Below, piece after piece: positions 49,751 through 64,000 of a stretch of 64,000 nt of DNA. The stretch is from assembly GCF_009914755.1 (NCBI RefSeq), contig NC_060948.1, one strand, 5' to 3'. The translations under genes were made by a program, and so were the position numbers. How positions within the stretch are numbered: the stretch's first letter is position 1; each line of letters opens with the position of its first letter. The notes below the pieces were generated by a model. That model searched no databases and had not been told where the DNA came from. It saw nothing but the letters and a program-made list of their open reading frames with translations. This stretch comes from the human T2T-CHM13v2.0 reference genome, Homo sapiens.

Positions 49751-50052
49751 GCCAGACTCAGTGGCTCACAGCTATAATCACAACACTTTGGGAAGCCAGG
49801 GAAGGAGGATCATTTCAGCCTGGGAGTTTGAGACCAGCCTGAACAATATATCCAAAGCATTGTCCCTACCACACACACACAAAAGCTGGGCATGGTGGTT
49901 GGTGTGTGTCTGTAATTCCAGCTACTTGGGAGGCTGAAATGGAAGTCTGGCACATTTGAACCCCGTGTCCAAGGCTGCAGTGAGCTACGATGGTGCCACT
50001 GCAGTCTAGGCTGGACAACAGAGTGAGACCTTGTCTCTAAAAAAGAAAAAAG
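49751..50052 (+). mobile_element. Alu (AluJ-like)
   Basis: GGAGGATCA...GAGTTTGAGACCAGCC...GGCTGCAGTGAGCTACGAT...GTGAGACCTTGTCTC plus an A tail. Confidence 0.85.
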
Positions 50053-50119
50053 AATTGATAAGTGCTTGAACTGAAGGATACCCTATTTATTATGTATATA
50101 TTTGTTGATTTATATAATT

Positions 50120-50408
50120 ATTTTTGGTTTGGAGTCACACTCTGTCACCCAGGCTAGGGTGCATGGTGCAATATCGGCTCACTGCAGCATCAGGCTCCCA
50201 AGTTCAAATGATTCTCCTGCCTGAGCCTCCCAATTAACTGTAACATACTACAGGCAGGCACCACCATGCCTGGCTAATTTTTGTATTTTTGGTAGAGATG
50301 GGGTTTCATGGTGTTGGCCAGCCTGGTCTTCAACTCCTGTCCTAAAGTGATCTGCAAGCCACGGCCTCCCCAAGTGTTAGAATTAAAGACCTGAGCCACC
50401 ACACCTGG
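50120..50408 (-). mobile_element. Alu (AluS-like)
   Basis: Antisense full-length Alu motifs. Confidence 0.85.
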
Positions 50409-52119
50409 ACAGTAAGATACACAAGACTAGGGAGATTTATCTTTTCACTTCATCCTTACAATGCTACAGGTGAATGAAAACACAACTTCATAACATGAAT
50501 ACCTCACTTGAATATCAAAGTTGGCAACTTCTCCCTTTAAAATTATTCGTACCCTTACCCTATAAAAATTGATGATCTTGTCAAAATTTTTCAAGAAAAT
50601 ACTTCCTCCTTGCAGATTAGTCTGTCAATTGTTAATAACTAAGGACTGTAAAACTTCTGGAACTTGATGTATTTCATTTCTTTAGTTTGCAAAATCAGGA
50701 AAAATAATTGATTTAGTTATTTAGGTCCAAATATTTTTATCATTCCATGATTTCTTAAAACTTTCAGCAATCCCGTCTGAAACTTTATGCTGTTGTTTAT
50801 ATTTTACACACTTCACTTTCCCCAAAGTATGAGGTTTAAAGTGTTTCCATTCATATTAGAAAACTTGAACAGTTTGCAAGGGAGGCATAACGTATGCCTA
50901 ATTTTGTATCTATGTTCAAAGAAACAAAGGAAAATGTACAACAAACTACACAATTTTCTCTCCTATTGAATTTGCTTTAAGCATGTGCGGCTAACCAATA
51001 ACACCAGGCATTTTGAAATACATGTAAAATCTTATTGTGAAAATTTTAAGGTAGATATTACATCTAAACACTTTTCAAATAGCATCAACAAGTATGAAAT
51101 TACTTTGAAAACAATTCCTTTTCCTTTGAATACCTCAGAAAATTCATGGAGGAAGTTAGTATCTACCTCTCTCCACAAAACCAATATGTTTCTTTTAGTA
51201 ATATGCAGGTAATGCAGCAGAAATAACATTTCAATTTTTGATTTGCAAACAAGGTTTGGTATGCAATAACTATTATTTTGAACCCATGCTTTAATATCTG
51301 CTTCAGTCTCCTTTTTCAGATCAACTTTCACCACCATCTACTGTAGATGCCACATAACTTGAGCTACCATATGCTTCACGAGGAGCAGGGAGCACCCTAC
51401 CCAGAGAAGGCAGATTCCTTTGGTCTTTTCTGCAAACCTACTCATGATCACAATAATGAAAATCACCACAGCTCCTGGAGTAACTCTCCCAACTTCTGCC
51501 ATATCTATCTCGAGTATTATTATAATCATGGCATGTGCTTCCGCCATAAGACATCTGAGGCCCTCGTGCAGGTGGTGCACCATGAGAGGTCCCTGCATGG
51601 TTGACAAAATAATATGTTGGACTACCTTTGAACATTTTTACTGCTATCATTAAAGCATGAATTAGTTAAAGTACTATTTGGAAATATCTGCTTTCTTCTG
51701 CCTTTGTTGACAGGACATTAATCAAGTCTTCAACAGTCAGAAGGTTTCATTTAAAAGAAGTATAAGAGTAGTATTCTGAAGCTTAACAAACTTAATTCTA
51801 AAGTAAATGTGGAGTCACATTTTCTTAACGTGAACTGAAGTTCTCGCCTTCATAACATTCCCTATCTTTATACTGTTAAGAATACTCAATATTTAAACAT
51901 GTTGCATATGTCCTTTATAATTTTCCTTAGAATTTCCTTAAAATAACAATCTGGTCTATTACATAAAATTCTGTAATTTACAAATCCATCCTGGACCCTT
52001 ACCGTATCTCTGAAATGCATCTCTATAAGAACTTCCACTTAGATGTTCAGAATGATCTCTACCACGGGCCTCACCGTAGCCATCATGGTAACTAAATTGA
52101 AAAAAAAAAACATTTTTAA

Positions 52120-54370
52120 TGTTAGAATGAACAATTTAAGAAATCTATTTGGTAAATCCAGATAACATGATAGTACCTATATCCTCTAGAGGAATGTTCA
52201 TCCCAACTAGGATGACCATAATCACGGTATGCATAGTCTCTAGGTGGTGGAGCATAATCCCTGGTTTCTCGGGAACTTTGATGATTTCTGTGTGCACAAG
52301 TTTAAGCAACAAATTTTAAATTTTCAACTTCCAGTATCCAAAACATAACTAAATTACAACTTAAACACAATTAAATTGCCAAACATCTAAAAAAATGCCC
52401 AAAGAGTCCAAATGCCCAAAATGCCCAAATGCCCAAAAAGCACATGAAACAGATACTCATAATGAATGATTCAGAAAATGCATTTCAAATCCAACAGGAG
52501 CTTCCATACTTCACACACACACATTGGAAGGGCAATAAATTTTTTTTATTATACTTGAAGTTCTAGGGTACATGTGCATGATGAGTTAATGGGTACATAA
52601 AATGCATTTCAAATCCAAAATGAGATATCATATTTCACACACACACTGGAAGGGCAATAAATTTTAAGAAGCAGGAAATAACAAGTGTTTGAGAGGATGC
52701 AGATAAATTGGAGCCCTGATACAATGTTAGTTGGCATGAACAACTTAAGCAATCTGTTTGACAAATCCAGAAAAAGTTACAGTACCTATATCCTCTAGTG
52801 GAATGTTCATGCGGACTAGAATGACCATAATCACAGTATGCATAGTCTCCAGATAATGGAGCATAATCCCTAGTTTCTCGGGAACTTGGATGATTTCTGT
52901 GTACATAAGTTTAAGCAACAAATTTTAAATTTTCAACTTCTAGTAACCAATATACGACTAACTTACAACTTAAACAAAATGAAAAGTCCAAACATCTAAA
53001 TAGATATTTCTCCAAATAAAATAGGCAAATGGCCAAAAAGCACATGGGACAGATACTCAAATTCAGTGATTCAGAAAATGCATTTCTTTTTTCTATTATA
53101 CTTGAAGTTCTAGGGCACATGTGCATGATGAGTTAATGGGTGCAGAAAATGCATTTCAAATCCAAACTGAGATATCATATTTCACACACACACTGGAATG
53201 GCAATAAATTTTAAAAGGGAGGAAATAACAAGTGTTTGAGAGGATGTAGATAAACTGGAGCCCTGATACAATGTTAGTTGGAATGAACAATTTAAGAAAT
53301 CTATTTGACAAATCCAGAAAAAGTTACAGTATCTATATACTCTAGAGGAATGTTCATCCTGACTAGAATGACCATAATCACGGTATGCATAGCCTCTAGA
53401 TGGTGGAGCATAATCCCTAGTTTCTCGGGAACTTGGATGATTTTTGTGTGCATAAGTTTAGGCAACAAATTTTAAATTTTCACCTTCTACTATCCAATAT
53501 ATGACTAACTTACAACTTAAAATTAAAAGGCCAAACATCTAAATAGCTATTTCTCCAAATAAAATAGGCAAATGGCCAAAAAGCACATGGGACAGATACT
53601 CATATTCAATGATTCAGAAAATCCATTTCTTTTTTTTATTATACTTTAAGTTCTAGGGTACACATGCATGATGAGTTAATGGGTACAGAAAATGCATTTC
53701 AAATCCAAAATGAGATATCATATTTCACACACACTGGAAAGGCAATAAATTTTCAAAAGCAGGAAATAACAAGTGTTTGAGAGGATGTAGATAAATTGGA
53801 GCCCTGATACGTTAGTTGGAATGAACAATTTAAGAAATCTATTTGACAAATCCAGAAACAGTTACAGTACCTATATCCTCTAGAATAATGTTCATGCCGA
53901 CGAGAATGACCATAATCACGGTATGCGTAGCCTCTAGATGGTGGAGCATAATCCCTAGTTTCTCGGGAACTTCGATCATTTCTGTATGCATAAGTTTAAG
54001 CAACAAATTTTAAATTTTCAACTTCTAGTATCCAATATATGACTAACTTACAACTTAAACAAAATTAAAAGGCCAAACATCTAAACAGATATTTCTCCAA
54101 ATAAAATCGGCAAATACCCAAAAAGCACATGGGACAGATACTCATATTCAGTGATTCAAAAAATGCATTTCTTTTTGTTTTATTATACTTTAAGTTCCAG
54201 GATACATGTGCATGATGAGTTAATGGGTGCAGAAAATGCATTTCAAATCCAAAATGAGATATCATATTTCACACACACAGTTGAATGGCAATAAATTTCA
54301 AAAAGCAGGAAATAACAAGTGTTCTAGAGGATGTAGATAAACTGGAATGCTGATACAATGCTAGTTGGAA
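52120..54370 (-). repeat. Tandem SRGY exon+intron repeat, four units
   Basis: Exon-to-exon periods are 609, 547 and 538 bp, with homologous introns. Confidence 0.95.
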
Positions 54371-54907
54371 CGGAAAATGATGCAGCTACTATGGAGAAAT
54401 GTGGTGGTTCCTCAAGAAAACAAACATAATTATCATAGGACCATGCAATTCCACTCATATACACCCAGAACCGAATAAGCATACTCAAACAAATATTGGT
54501 GCGTAGAAATACTCGGGTGGAAACAACCCAGATAAAATAATGGGTTAATAGCTTCTGGAGGGAGTGAAGTGCTATGATGTAAATGAACCTTCAGGACATC
54601 ATGCAAAAGGAGAGGAGACAAATACAAAAAGTCATGTAGTGTTTGAGCACATTAACATTAAATACCCACAACAGGTAAGTTCAGAGGCAGAACACTGACT
54701 GGTGTTTGCTAGCAGCTGAGGAAAGGGAGAAAATGGAAGGGACTGCTTAACTGGTAGTTGGAGTTTTAATTTGGAGTGGTGAAAACGTTTTGGAACTCGA
54801 TGGAGGTAGTTGTTGTATGGCACAGAATGTATTAAACACCACTTAACTGTTCACCTTATAATATTTAATTTTGTTATGTGAATTTCATCACCACAACAAA
54901 AAAAAAA
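54075..54907 (+). mobile_element. Old L1 (L1MB-like) ORF2 end/3' UTR; its 5' part is replicated in each SRGY intron
   Basis: AATAACAAGTGTT...GAGGATGTAGATAAACTGGAA, AAAACGTTTTGGAACT, ATTTTGTTATGTGAATTT and an A tail. Confidence 0.75.
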
Positions 54908-56359
54908 TCAACTGTGTTTTTTAATTTTTCCTTTACCCATCCTTTGTTGCATAACCATCATCTCTTGGTGATATATGATCATTTCTCCAGGAAGAGATTG
55001 TCACTCTGCATGGAGGAACTCCATATCTCTCTCTTCTTTGTGACATAGGACCTTTAACATTAAAATGATGGAACATTATGTAGAGAACACCAAATCTGAA
55101 ACGCTATTTTCTCTTCTCTCAAACTACTTTTTAAAATTATTTTTTCTATGACTCCATTCTTTGTTTCCTAAATTACTAGACACTCATGACACTGTGAATA
55201 CTTCTTATGGCTTTGGAGAATCCCATGGCTCCCACAAGGCCAGTTCTTCTAATGAAGCTGAAGGCAAACATTAATTCTTAGGTAAAAGTTCATTTGTAAT
55301 GGTTAATATCTACTTAGTTATTATTTTCTTTTTCATATAAATTACTGATGACTGTGAGTGACACAGGGAAAACATGTAAAACCATCAAACTCTTCACTGA
55401 TTTTAAAGTTTACATACATTGTCCTTTCTCAGCCAAAGATGGTGAATTTTCCAATATCATTCAGTCCATCTCACACACATATAAATACAGCTACCTTTAA
55501 ATGACTATATGCTAAATGTTTACATAAAAGTTCTTTATCTCTAACTGGTTGGCTCTATCTTAAATGTTGACAAATTAAAATGTATTAGTGAAGATTTTCT
55601 AATGATGGTCAAGATTTGCTTTTACTGCAAAGAAAGCAATGCTATGCAAGGGGTCATTACAACATTGTTGCTATTTCAAAATAGAAAGTTTCTCCTTCAA
55701 TATATTCTTCACTTGCTATTCCTTAGAGGTCAGTGTTTCACATATGATACGTTCACTGGCTAATTTTCCAATGGAAATGTGTTGGCTTGGGTATCCTGAA
55801 GCCAATAAATACCTCTCTTCACCGATACTCTACGTATGAAATGTAAAATTGAAAACAGCAGTTTTTAACTTCCTCCATATTCGGATGGAGGACTAAGAAA
55901 GAATTTTAATTTGCTCTGCTTAAACTTCCTTCCTAAGAACTTTTATTTATTGTCTTATTTTCTTCTGTTCAGTCTGCAGTCTTACAATTCTTTCTCAAGA
56001 GTATTACTTGCATTCAATCCTACTGCTCACCTCATGTTGCTTAGTTCTAAATTCTCTCCTCAAATAATTTCAAATCTTACACTAAGGATCTTGTGTTAAT
56101 GTTTAAACATCCCGGTACAATCTCAATTACTGATTTACATACACCTATATTTCACAACTCTGCATTTCTGTGATACCCACTTAATTTAAGCATTTTGGAC
56201 TCCTACGTGTCTACCTTTCAAGGCTTAAATTTATTTTTAAATCATATTTAAGCCCAATGACTCCTTGTCTGCTAAATGCTCTTGTAGTTCTTTTGAATCT
56301 TCATGCAAGCAGTGAGTATGCCTTGCACATACGCATTACTGAGGACTCAGAAGTTGGAT

Positions 56360-56705
56360 GGCCAGGCTTAGCGGCTCACACTGTGAGTGAGTGTGGAAGG
56401 CTGAGGCAGGTGGACCGCTTGAGCCCCGGGCTTTAACATCAGTTTTGACAATGCAGTCAGATCCTCTCTCTACAAAAACATAGGAAAAAAATGTACCTAG
56501 GTGTGGTGCTGCATGCCTGTAGTTGCAGAAACTCGGGAGGCTGAAACAGCAGAATTGCTTGAGCCCAGGAATTTGAGGCTATAGTAAGCCGTCATCTCAC
56601 AAATTTGAGGCTATAGTAAGCCGTCATCTCACAAATTTGAGGCTATAGTAAGCCGTCATCTCACATAGTGCACTCTCACCTAGTAAGAGCAAGACTCCAA
56701 CCCAG
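56360..56705 (+). mobile_element. Old Alu containing a 32-bp triplication (56570-56665)
   Basis: AluJ-like motifs; AATTTGAGGCTATAGTAAGCCGTCATCTCACA x3, perfect. Confidence 0.85.
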
Positions 56706-58102
56706 CAAAGTCACTGAACAAGCAATTTTTAGAATGGGACACCAGGGGACCTAGGAAATGGAAGAATTAATTAGATCAAGAAGCCTACCATCAAAGAATA
56801 CTGCTAGGAACTTTTAGAAAAATTAAGGGGAATTTTCTAGCAAACACAGGATTAAAAGGAATGTTGGCCTCACTCTAATCACTTCTTTGATCTGCAATGA
56901 GAAGCTCAAGTATTTCTTCAATATAAATCTGAAATGTACCTAGTGAGATAGAAACTATAATAAAAACTATCAATCAGTAATTATGCTCACGTATGTGTCA
57001 CTTCTCTTTTGTTCAATGAACTTAAAGCTAACCATTCAGGGAAAATAGCTCATTTTTAGTCATACAAAAACTACGGTCTTTCTGTCAGGTAGCATTTACC
57101 TTGGCTTCCCATCCAACTATTGCTTCTTGCCACAGCAGAAGGAGCAGATTTTTTAGGAGGAGGACCTCCACTTCTTGAAGATGGACGTCTTTTAACTGGA
57201 ATGAGTCCCCTAGAATAACTCATCTTGAGATCAGGAGTGTATCCACCATCATCTGTATTTCAAACAAAATCCTTTTAGTTAACTAACATCACTGTTTCTT
57301 AAATGGCTAAGTTTTAGTTGTTTACAAATATTTTCTACATTTTATAACTAATTCACATTTTGTCTAAACTAATAAAATTAGCATTCCTACATGGTATTAG
57401 TACACTTCAAGCAATAAAAGTTCATTTAGAAAATCTAGAAAGAAACTCAAGTATCATAATATATTGGTATGAGAGAGAGATGTGGGAAAATGGGGAGTGA
57501 ACGGGGGCACAAATCTATCACTGAAATATCTAAATATAATATGCATAAAAATATTAAAAGAAAAGTGATAAATGACTGCTTATATCATTCTGTAATGAGG
57601 AAAAATTTTCAAAGCACATCATAAACTAATTTCCATTCAAAGAAACTCAAATATTTCCAATACCAAGAAGTGACATATCAGGAAAATACATTGTCTCTAA
57701 AATTTGTTAACACAATATAGAATTCTTAAAATTCCCTTATGAGACACTGACTTTCAGATTAGACTATGCTGAATTTTAACAGTCTTTAGGAACTGCATAT
57801 TCGGTAATATAAAAATATTTTTATACATCTACAAAAATGTAGATATATGCCAACTGCCAGGTGGTGTTACGGGTTAGAATTTATATATACATTCTCGTCC
57901 GTGGCAGAGTATAATTGAACCTCACCCTCAAGATCAGTGGAGACAAAATAGCCACGAAGCTATGCATCTTAAAATGGAGCAAACACTGCAATTTCAACTT
58001 GAAAAAAATCTCCAATAAACTACATGTCTGGTTATTAAAACTCCAAGTTAATTGTTAGAGTTTTGAAGGTTGGTTAATAGATAATACAAGTTAACCAACA
58101 GG

Positions 58103-58403
58103 TTTATTTATTTATTTATTCAGATGGACTGTTGCCCTATCACGCAGGCTGGAGTGCCATGGCATAACCTTGGCTCACTGCAGCTTGTGCCTCCCAGGTT
58201 CCTGTGATTCTCCTGCCTCAGCCTCCTGAGTAGCTGGTATTACAGGTGCATGCCACCACGCCCAGGCAAATTTTTTTGTATCTTTAGGAGAGACAGGGTT
58301 TCACCATGTTGGCCAGGCTGGTCTGGAACTCCTGACCTCGTGGTCCACCTGCCCTGTACTCCCCAGGTGCTGAGGTGACAGGCGTGAGCCACCTCGCACA
58401 GCC
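58103..58403 (-). mobile_element. Alu (AluS-like)
   Basis: (TTTA)n tail and an antisense Alu body. Confidence 0.9.
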
Positions 58404-60404
58404 CATCCAATAGTCTTTTTTCTTTTTTTTTAAATATATGGTTTGTTTTTCTTTTATATGTAAACATAGACCCCTCATTTCTATTAAGTAAATCACTCAT
58501 AAATATCATTTTCAGTGACTCAGCCTCCAGCAAAGAAAGATACATACATATCTGTGAAGCAGTGGTTTTTAGACATTTCCAGTCACAGACTCTTTTCAGA
58601 AATTAAAGTTCTACATTTCTTAAATTGAAAATGCTTTATGGCAGGCCAATGTACAAACTCTCTGTATCAAAATTACAAAGCAATACCTTTGCATAGATGT
58701 TCGCACATGTATACACAAGAAAACAAATACTGCAAAATCAGTCTTAAGTATTGAGTTACTTTTTCCTGTTGGAAAATTTTAAATATGACATCATACTTTG
58801 ATAATACAACTGACACGAAGTTCTGGGCCCTAAAGCAGAAAACTCTAAAGTATAATGAATATAAATGAGTTCTGCAGAAAACCGGTTGAGTACAGGTAAT
58901 CAGCATTCATAAACACAACTCAGTTTGAAATGTGTGTTACTTCAGTGCAAACTTATTGTAATTTTAAAACAAATTTATGTATTAATTCAATCATTCTTAT
59001 AATACACCTTTAGTACTTAGAAATAATTTTGCTTATTATCAATAAGCTAATTTTCTCTTCATACAGGAAATAAAAAAATTGAGAAATTTCGATATCTTCA
59101 AACTTATTTTCTTTCAGTCCTATGGTTCCATCTTTATATTTTAAAACATTACCCAGGTGTCCTTCATGTGAGGGAAGCCACCCTCCTGTTCCTCCACTGC
59201 TTCCTCTTGCAGATCTCAGACTTCCTGAAGGGCTTCTGTTTCTCAAAGAAGCTGGTGGTCTTCACCTACCACCACTTTGAAAAGATGGTTTCTTGGCTTG
59301 TTCTACTTTTATTGCTTTTCCATCCAAAGACTAGAAGTATTAAGGGTACTATCAATAACAATGGCACATTTAACGTAAGCGCATTTTACAAACATTTTTA
59401 CATCAACCATAGTTCAATTCGAGGTATTTTCTCCCAAAAGGAAACTTTTTTTTCTCCTAAAATGAACACATCTTTCACAATGCCAAATTTGAGATAGTTA
59501 CTGAGCACATGCCTTCCATTAAGGGACCAAACACAAATTCTATTATTCAAATTCCTTGAAAACTCCTCCATTATTAAAAAAAAAAAACTCAAACATAAAA
59601 AAAAAGATTGACCCATCACACATTCTATGGAAGAATGTGGAACATCTGTTTTTTACAATATATAATCCACTTCATCTTTGTATTCACATCACTGATTTGA
59701 AAGTTGCAGTGTCCCAACGAAACTTGTGTCATTTTAAAAAGTGAGCTTACTTTTTCAGAGTGATTAGTCACATTAGTCACTATGAGCTGTTTCTTGTTGG
59801 ATTTGCTAACACTTACATAAAATGTCCCCATATGATTTACAATTCTATATTGACTCTAAAAATGTTTCTGTAAATGTGATCCTTGTTTGATCTCATTAAG
59901 TTTTCTTGCCTTACTCATTTCTTATATTGCCTTACACGTGCCCCTAAAAAACGAATCTTAATATAGTACTTCAGGTAGTTTCTCAGAAATGCTTAAATAT
60001 CCTAATTAATTTCATAATAACATTTTTCACTGTAATCTTCTCTACAGGCCATAGCAATTTTTGAAAACAGTTCAGCTAATAATGTGATTTACAAATTACA
60101 TGGCTTTTGTTATTTGGAGGAAGGACTTAAATCCCTGACAAGACCCCTTGCAGCCACATCGCCAGTTGTTCCTACCTTGACACTTCTTTTGTTATTTCTG
60201 GGATCAAAATATTTTCCCCAGATTTGCCCATGGCTGCTTCCTTCCCAGTGTTCTGAAGTCAGCTAAAATTCCTTAACTGTTAATTCCCCCTGAAAACTCG
60301 AAGAACTTCCTTTATTGGCCATCTTAACATTAATGTGCATACAATATTCATATTTATTTTAACACACTAAAATATGTGAGATGAACTAACTTAGAAATAA
60401 TGTT

Positions 60405-60708
<304 letters not shown>

Positions 60709-61178
60709 TTACACAAATTAGCTGCTCTTTTGCTTGAAAACTAGAGGGAACAAAGAAATTATCATAGATTACTATACAGAAGTCAAAATTATCTCCATAC
60801 CTACCACAAAGCCATGAACCAAAAGCAACTCTCGGTTTCTACCACAGCTTGAAATACTAATTTATGAGGGTGAATAAAAATGTACTTTCTGCTATGTGCC
60901 AGGAACTGTGCTAGATGTAACAGAAAGAAAAGCAACTAGCAAGACTTAAATATGCACTACATACAATTTCACATTCAATAGATTAATACATAGTACAGTG
61001 AGTACAAAATACCTACAATATGCAATGAGAAAGAAAATATGAAATCTAAGTGGTTTTTGAAGCATAAATTTTATTTATGAGACATACACAGGGAAGGATA
61101 ATTCTCAACAAGTCTAAAACAGCACTTTGGGGATAGCATGAAGACTAACAGGAGCTAAAAACAGATTGGGATAATGTT

Positions 61179-61497
61179 GTTTATTTATTTTATTTATTTT
61201 TTATTTTTTTGAGACGGATTCTTGCTCTGTTGCCAGGCTGGAGTGCATCAGCGTGATCTCGGCTCACTGCCACCTCTGCCTCCTTGGGTTTAACTGATTC
61301 CCCTGCCTCAGCCTACTGAGTAGCTGGAACTATAGGCACACACAACCAGACGCAGCTAATTTTTTTGTGTGTGTGTTTTAGTAGAGACAGGGTTTCACCA
61401 TGTTGGCCATTATGGTTTCTTTCTCCTGACCTCGTGATCTGCCTGCCTTGGCCACCCAAAGTGCTGGGATTACATCCGTGAGCCACCATGCCCGGCA
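61179..61497 (-). mobile_element. Alu (AluS-like) with a 15-bp TSD
   Basis: TSD GATTGGGATAATGTT at 61164-61178 and 61499-61513. Confidence 0.92.
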
Positions 61498-62330
61498 TGA
61501 TTGGGATAATGTTACAAAGCAAAAAAGCACTAAAGAGCACAGAATGGAATGCTCTTGACTACAATGTAAAGGAATTCAATAATTAATATAATTACATAAA
61601 AGTTTAAAGCTTTAGTAAACACACAATCTCTAGATTTAAGACTCAACAGGACAAGAGACCATTGGTTGAATCAAAACAAGTCCTCAAACACACTGGGGAA
61701 ATGAGTAATTAGCTATTCATGTTACATAAATCACTCTGGTGACAGGAAAGAAATGTCCTTAGGAGAAAAAGCAAGCATGGAGCAAAAATGCCAGTTACTT
61801 CTTCTGCTATCTGACTTCAATGTTCTCATATTATTTTCTCTTTTCAACTACTTACCCTTTCCGTAAATGTAAAGGTCTTATTTAAATATACTTTTGCAAG
61901 AATATATTTTCATAAAATATATTCTTCAAGAAGGAAGGAGTCTTTCCTTCTTGTGAGTCTGTCTAGATGTCTATCCACAGTTTGTCTACGCTCTAAAAGA
62001 ATTTCCATGAATTGGAAGTACTTCAATTAATAGCATTTAATAAATATTGACTTATTAATTTCATTTACATGAGGGTTCCTTATAAGTTTTAAAGCTCATC
62101 AAAACCTTTTAAAATCTATTTGCACTCATATCGAAATACAAACATAGAAAAAGGTTACCAAATATTAATTTATATAATGTTAATTCCAATACCCTTCCAA
62201 CTACACTTGCACGTATAAGGCACAAAAAAGAGGATGGCTTCATATGTCATTCTACTATCTTCAAAAGTTTAGTAATATTAAAAAGACCTAGAAATATTGT
62301 TAATTGAAGAACACAGTTAGAATATTATTA

Positions 62331-62507
<177 letters not shown>

Positions 62508-62870
62508 CTAAAAGTTACATCAAACTAAAAAATAATTGCATTTCACATCATTATTATGGTTCTTAATACTCAGTCACCCCTACAGTCAGTCTAGTTTATT
62601 CCAGTTTCTTTCTGAACTCCACAGCACATTTACTTTTCCTCATTTTCCTTTCTAAGTAGTAGGTTATCCTTTCCATAGAGCCTTAACCTAGTACTATGAG
62701 AATTTTCCAAATATCAAACAGATACTACAAAATAAGAGTTTAAAACTCATAAGGCATTTTCATGTAGGTATACAATGAACTTTGAAAAAATATATTTTTT
62801 CAAAACATATATATATATAACATACATATTTTAAACATACATACTGAAATATACATGTGAAAATACACAT

Positions 62871-62871
<1 letters not shown>

Positions 62872-62908
<37 letters not shown>
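62872..62908. repeat. (CA)n microsatellite next to an RBMY splice donor
   Basis: Seen directly. Confidence 0.95.
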
Positions 62909-62910
<2 letters not shown>

Positions 62911-62915
62911 TTTTA

Positions 62916-63053
<138 letters not shown>

Positions 63054-63385
63054 TTATCTATATTTAGATATAAATAAGCTAAAAAGATAAAATTTTATTA
63101 CAAACTGTGCTGAAAATCCAAGTAAAATTCCCTTCCTGAGGCTGACATCTTTTTATTACTTCTTACTTTAAATATGTAAAATTTGTAACACTCAGAGCAA
63201 AGGGGCACTAACTTCACACACAAATGCTGCATTTTAGTATGAACTGACAGAATCTCATTTCTAAAAATTAGATAAGAAAAGCTATCATAATTTTCCTAAG
63301 TTGCAATATGAAGAATGCCTTCATTTAAATAATTTTATTTGAAAACTGTCTATTTATGAGGTACAGTGTGATGTTTTGCATATTT

Positions 63386-63657
63386 TCTTTCTTGAGATGT
63401 GTGTCTCCTGTTGCCAAAGTGCACTGTTCACTGCAGCCTCCTCCACCCAGCCCAACTGATCTTCCCACATCTCAGCTTCCGAAGTTGCTAGTACTACAGG
63501 GGCTTTCTACCACAGCTGGGCAATTTTTTGTGTTTTTAAAAATAAACAAGGGTTTCCCCATATTGCCCAAGGTAGTCTCCAAATCCTGGGCTCAAGTGTT
63601 CTGCCGGCTTGGGCCTACCAAAGTGATGGGATTTCAAGGGTGAATCACCACACTCAG
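63386..63657 (-). mobile_element. Old Alu (AluJ-like)
   Basis: Diverged antisense Alu motifs CACTGCAGCCTC, CCATATTGCCCAAG and CCTGGGCTCAAGTG. Confidence 0.7.
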
Positions 63658-64000
63658 CATGATATTTGGATAAAAGATTAAATCAAGCTACTTAAAATGT
63701 TCTAGGGGGAGAATATTTTAAATATTTTACAATCTTCTAGTGATTTGAAATATACAATAGGTCACAGATTCTAAAACCCTAGCCTTCAACCCGTACCTAT
63801 CTGTGGCCTGAATGTGATGCCACAGGATGACATGTAATACCTGTTTGTGGAGAATGTAACGCCTGAGGATGACCTGAGGTGGTACAGTTCTATCCAGAAA
63901 CCATCCTCCCTACTCCCTCGCTGGCCCTCCCTGTCCCCGTGGCAGCCCCACTGCCCCACCTGTCCTCTGTCACATTGCTCCTACCGGAAGACCCGCCCTA

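Noticed and set aside
51031-51036. AATAAG as a mutated RBMY polyadenylation signal
   Set aside because: The position is plausible, but I cannot verify the active-gene sequence without an alignment.

Overview
This is primate (very probably human) Y-chromosome ampliconic DNA, not a microbial window. Bases 1-36484 are a degenerate tandem array of ~2.45-kb units matching the Y 'NORF'/TTTY repeat, with an orientation switch at ~2957. One unit holds two minus-strand proviruses. The first is a pol-deleted HERV-K, probably K14C/HML-9 (13868-19837, TSD GAGAAT, Alu in the 5' LTR). The second is a near full-length HERV-E (20568-29167). The array contains a TTTY13-like spliced reading frame. Downstream are an ERV1-class solo LTR, nested L1 3' ends, a diverged TSPY-family pseudogene (+), and an RBMY1-type pseudogene (-) with 11 coding-exon equivalents, four SRGY exons and four in-frame stops. 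The best leads are a Rec-like doubly spliced ORF in the HERV-K with all four splice sites intact, a 100-aa TTTY13-like spliced ORF with a hydrophobic segment, NRF1-like palindromes that co-survive with a splice donor in particular array units, a 91-bp array fragment inside HERV-E env, and a micro-L1 that orders the SRGY exon amplification. Family names come from recognition and memory; no database search was run.
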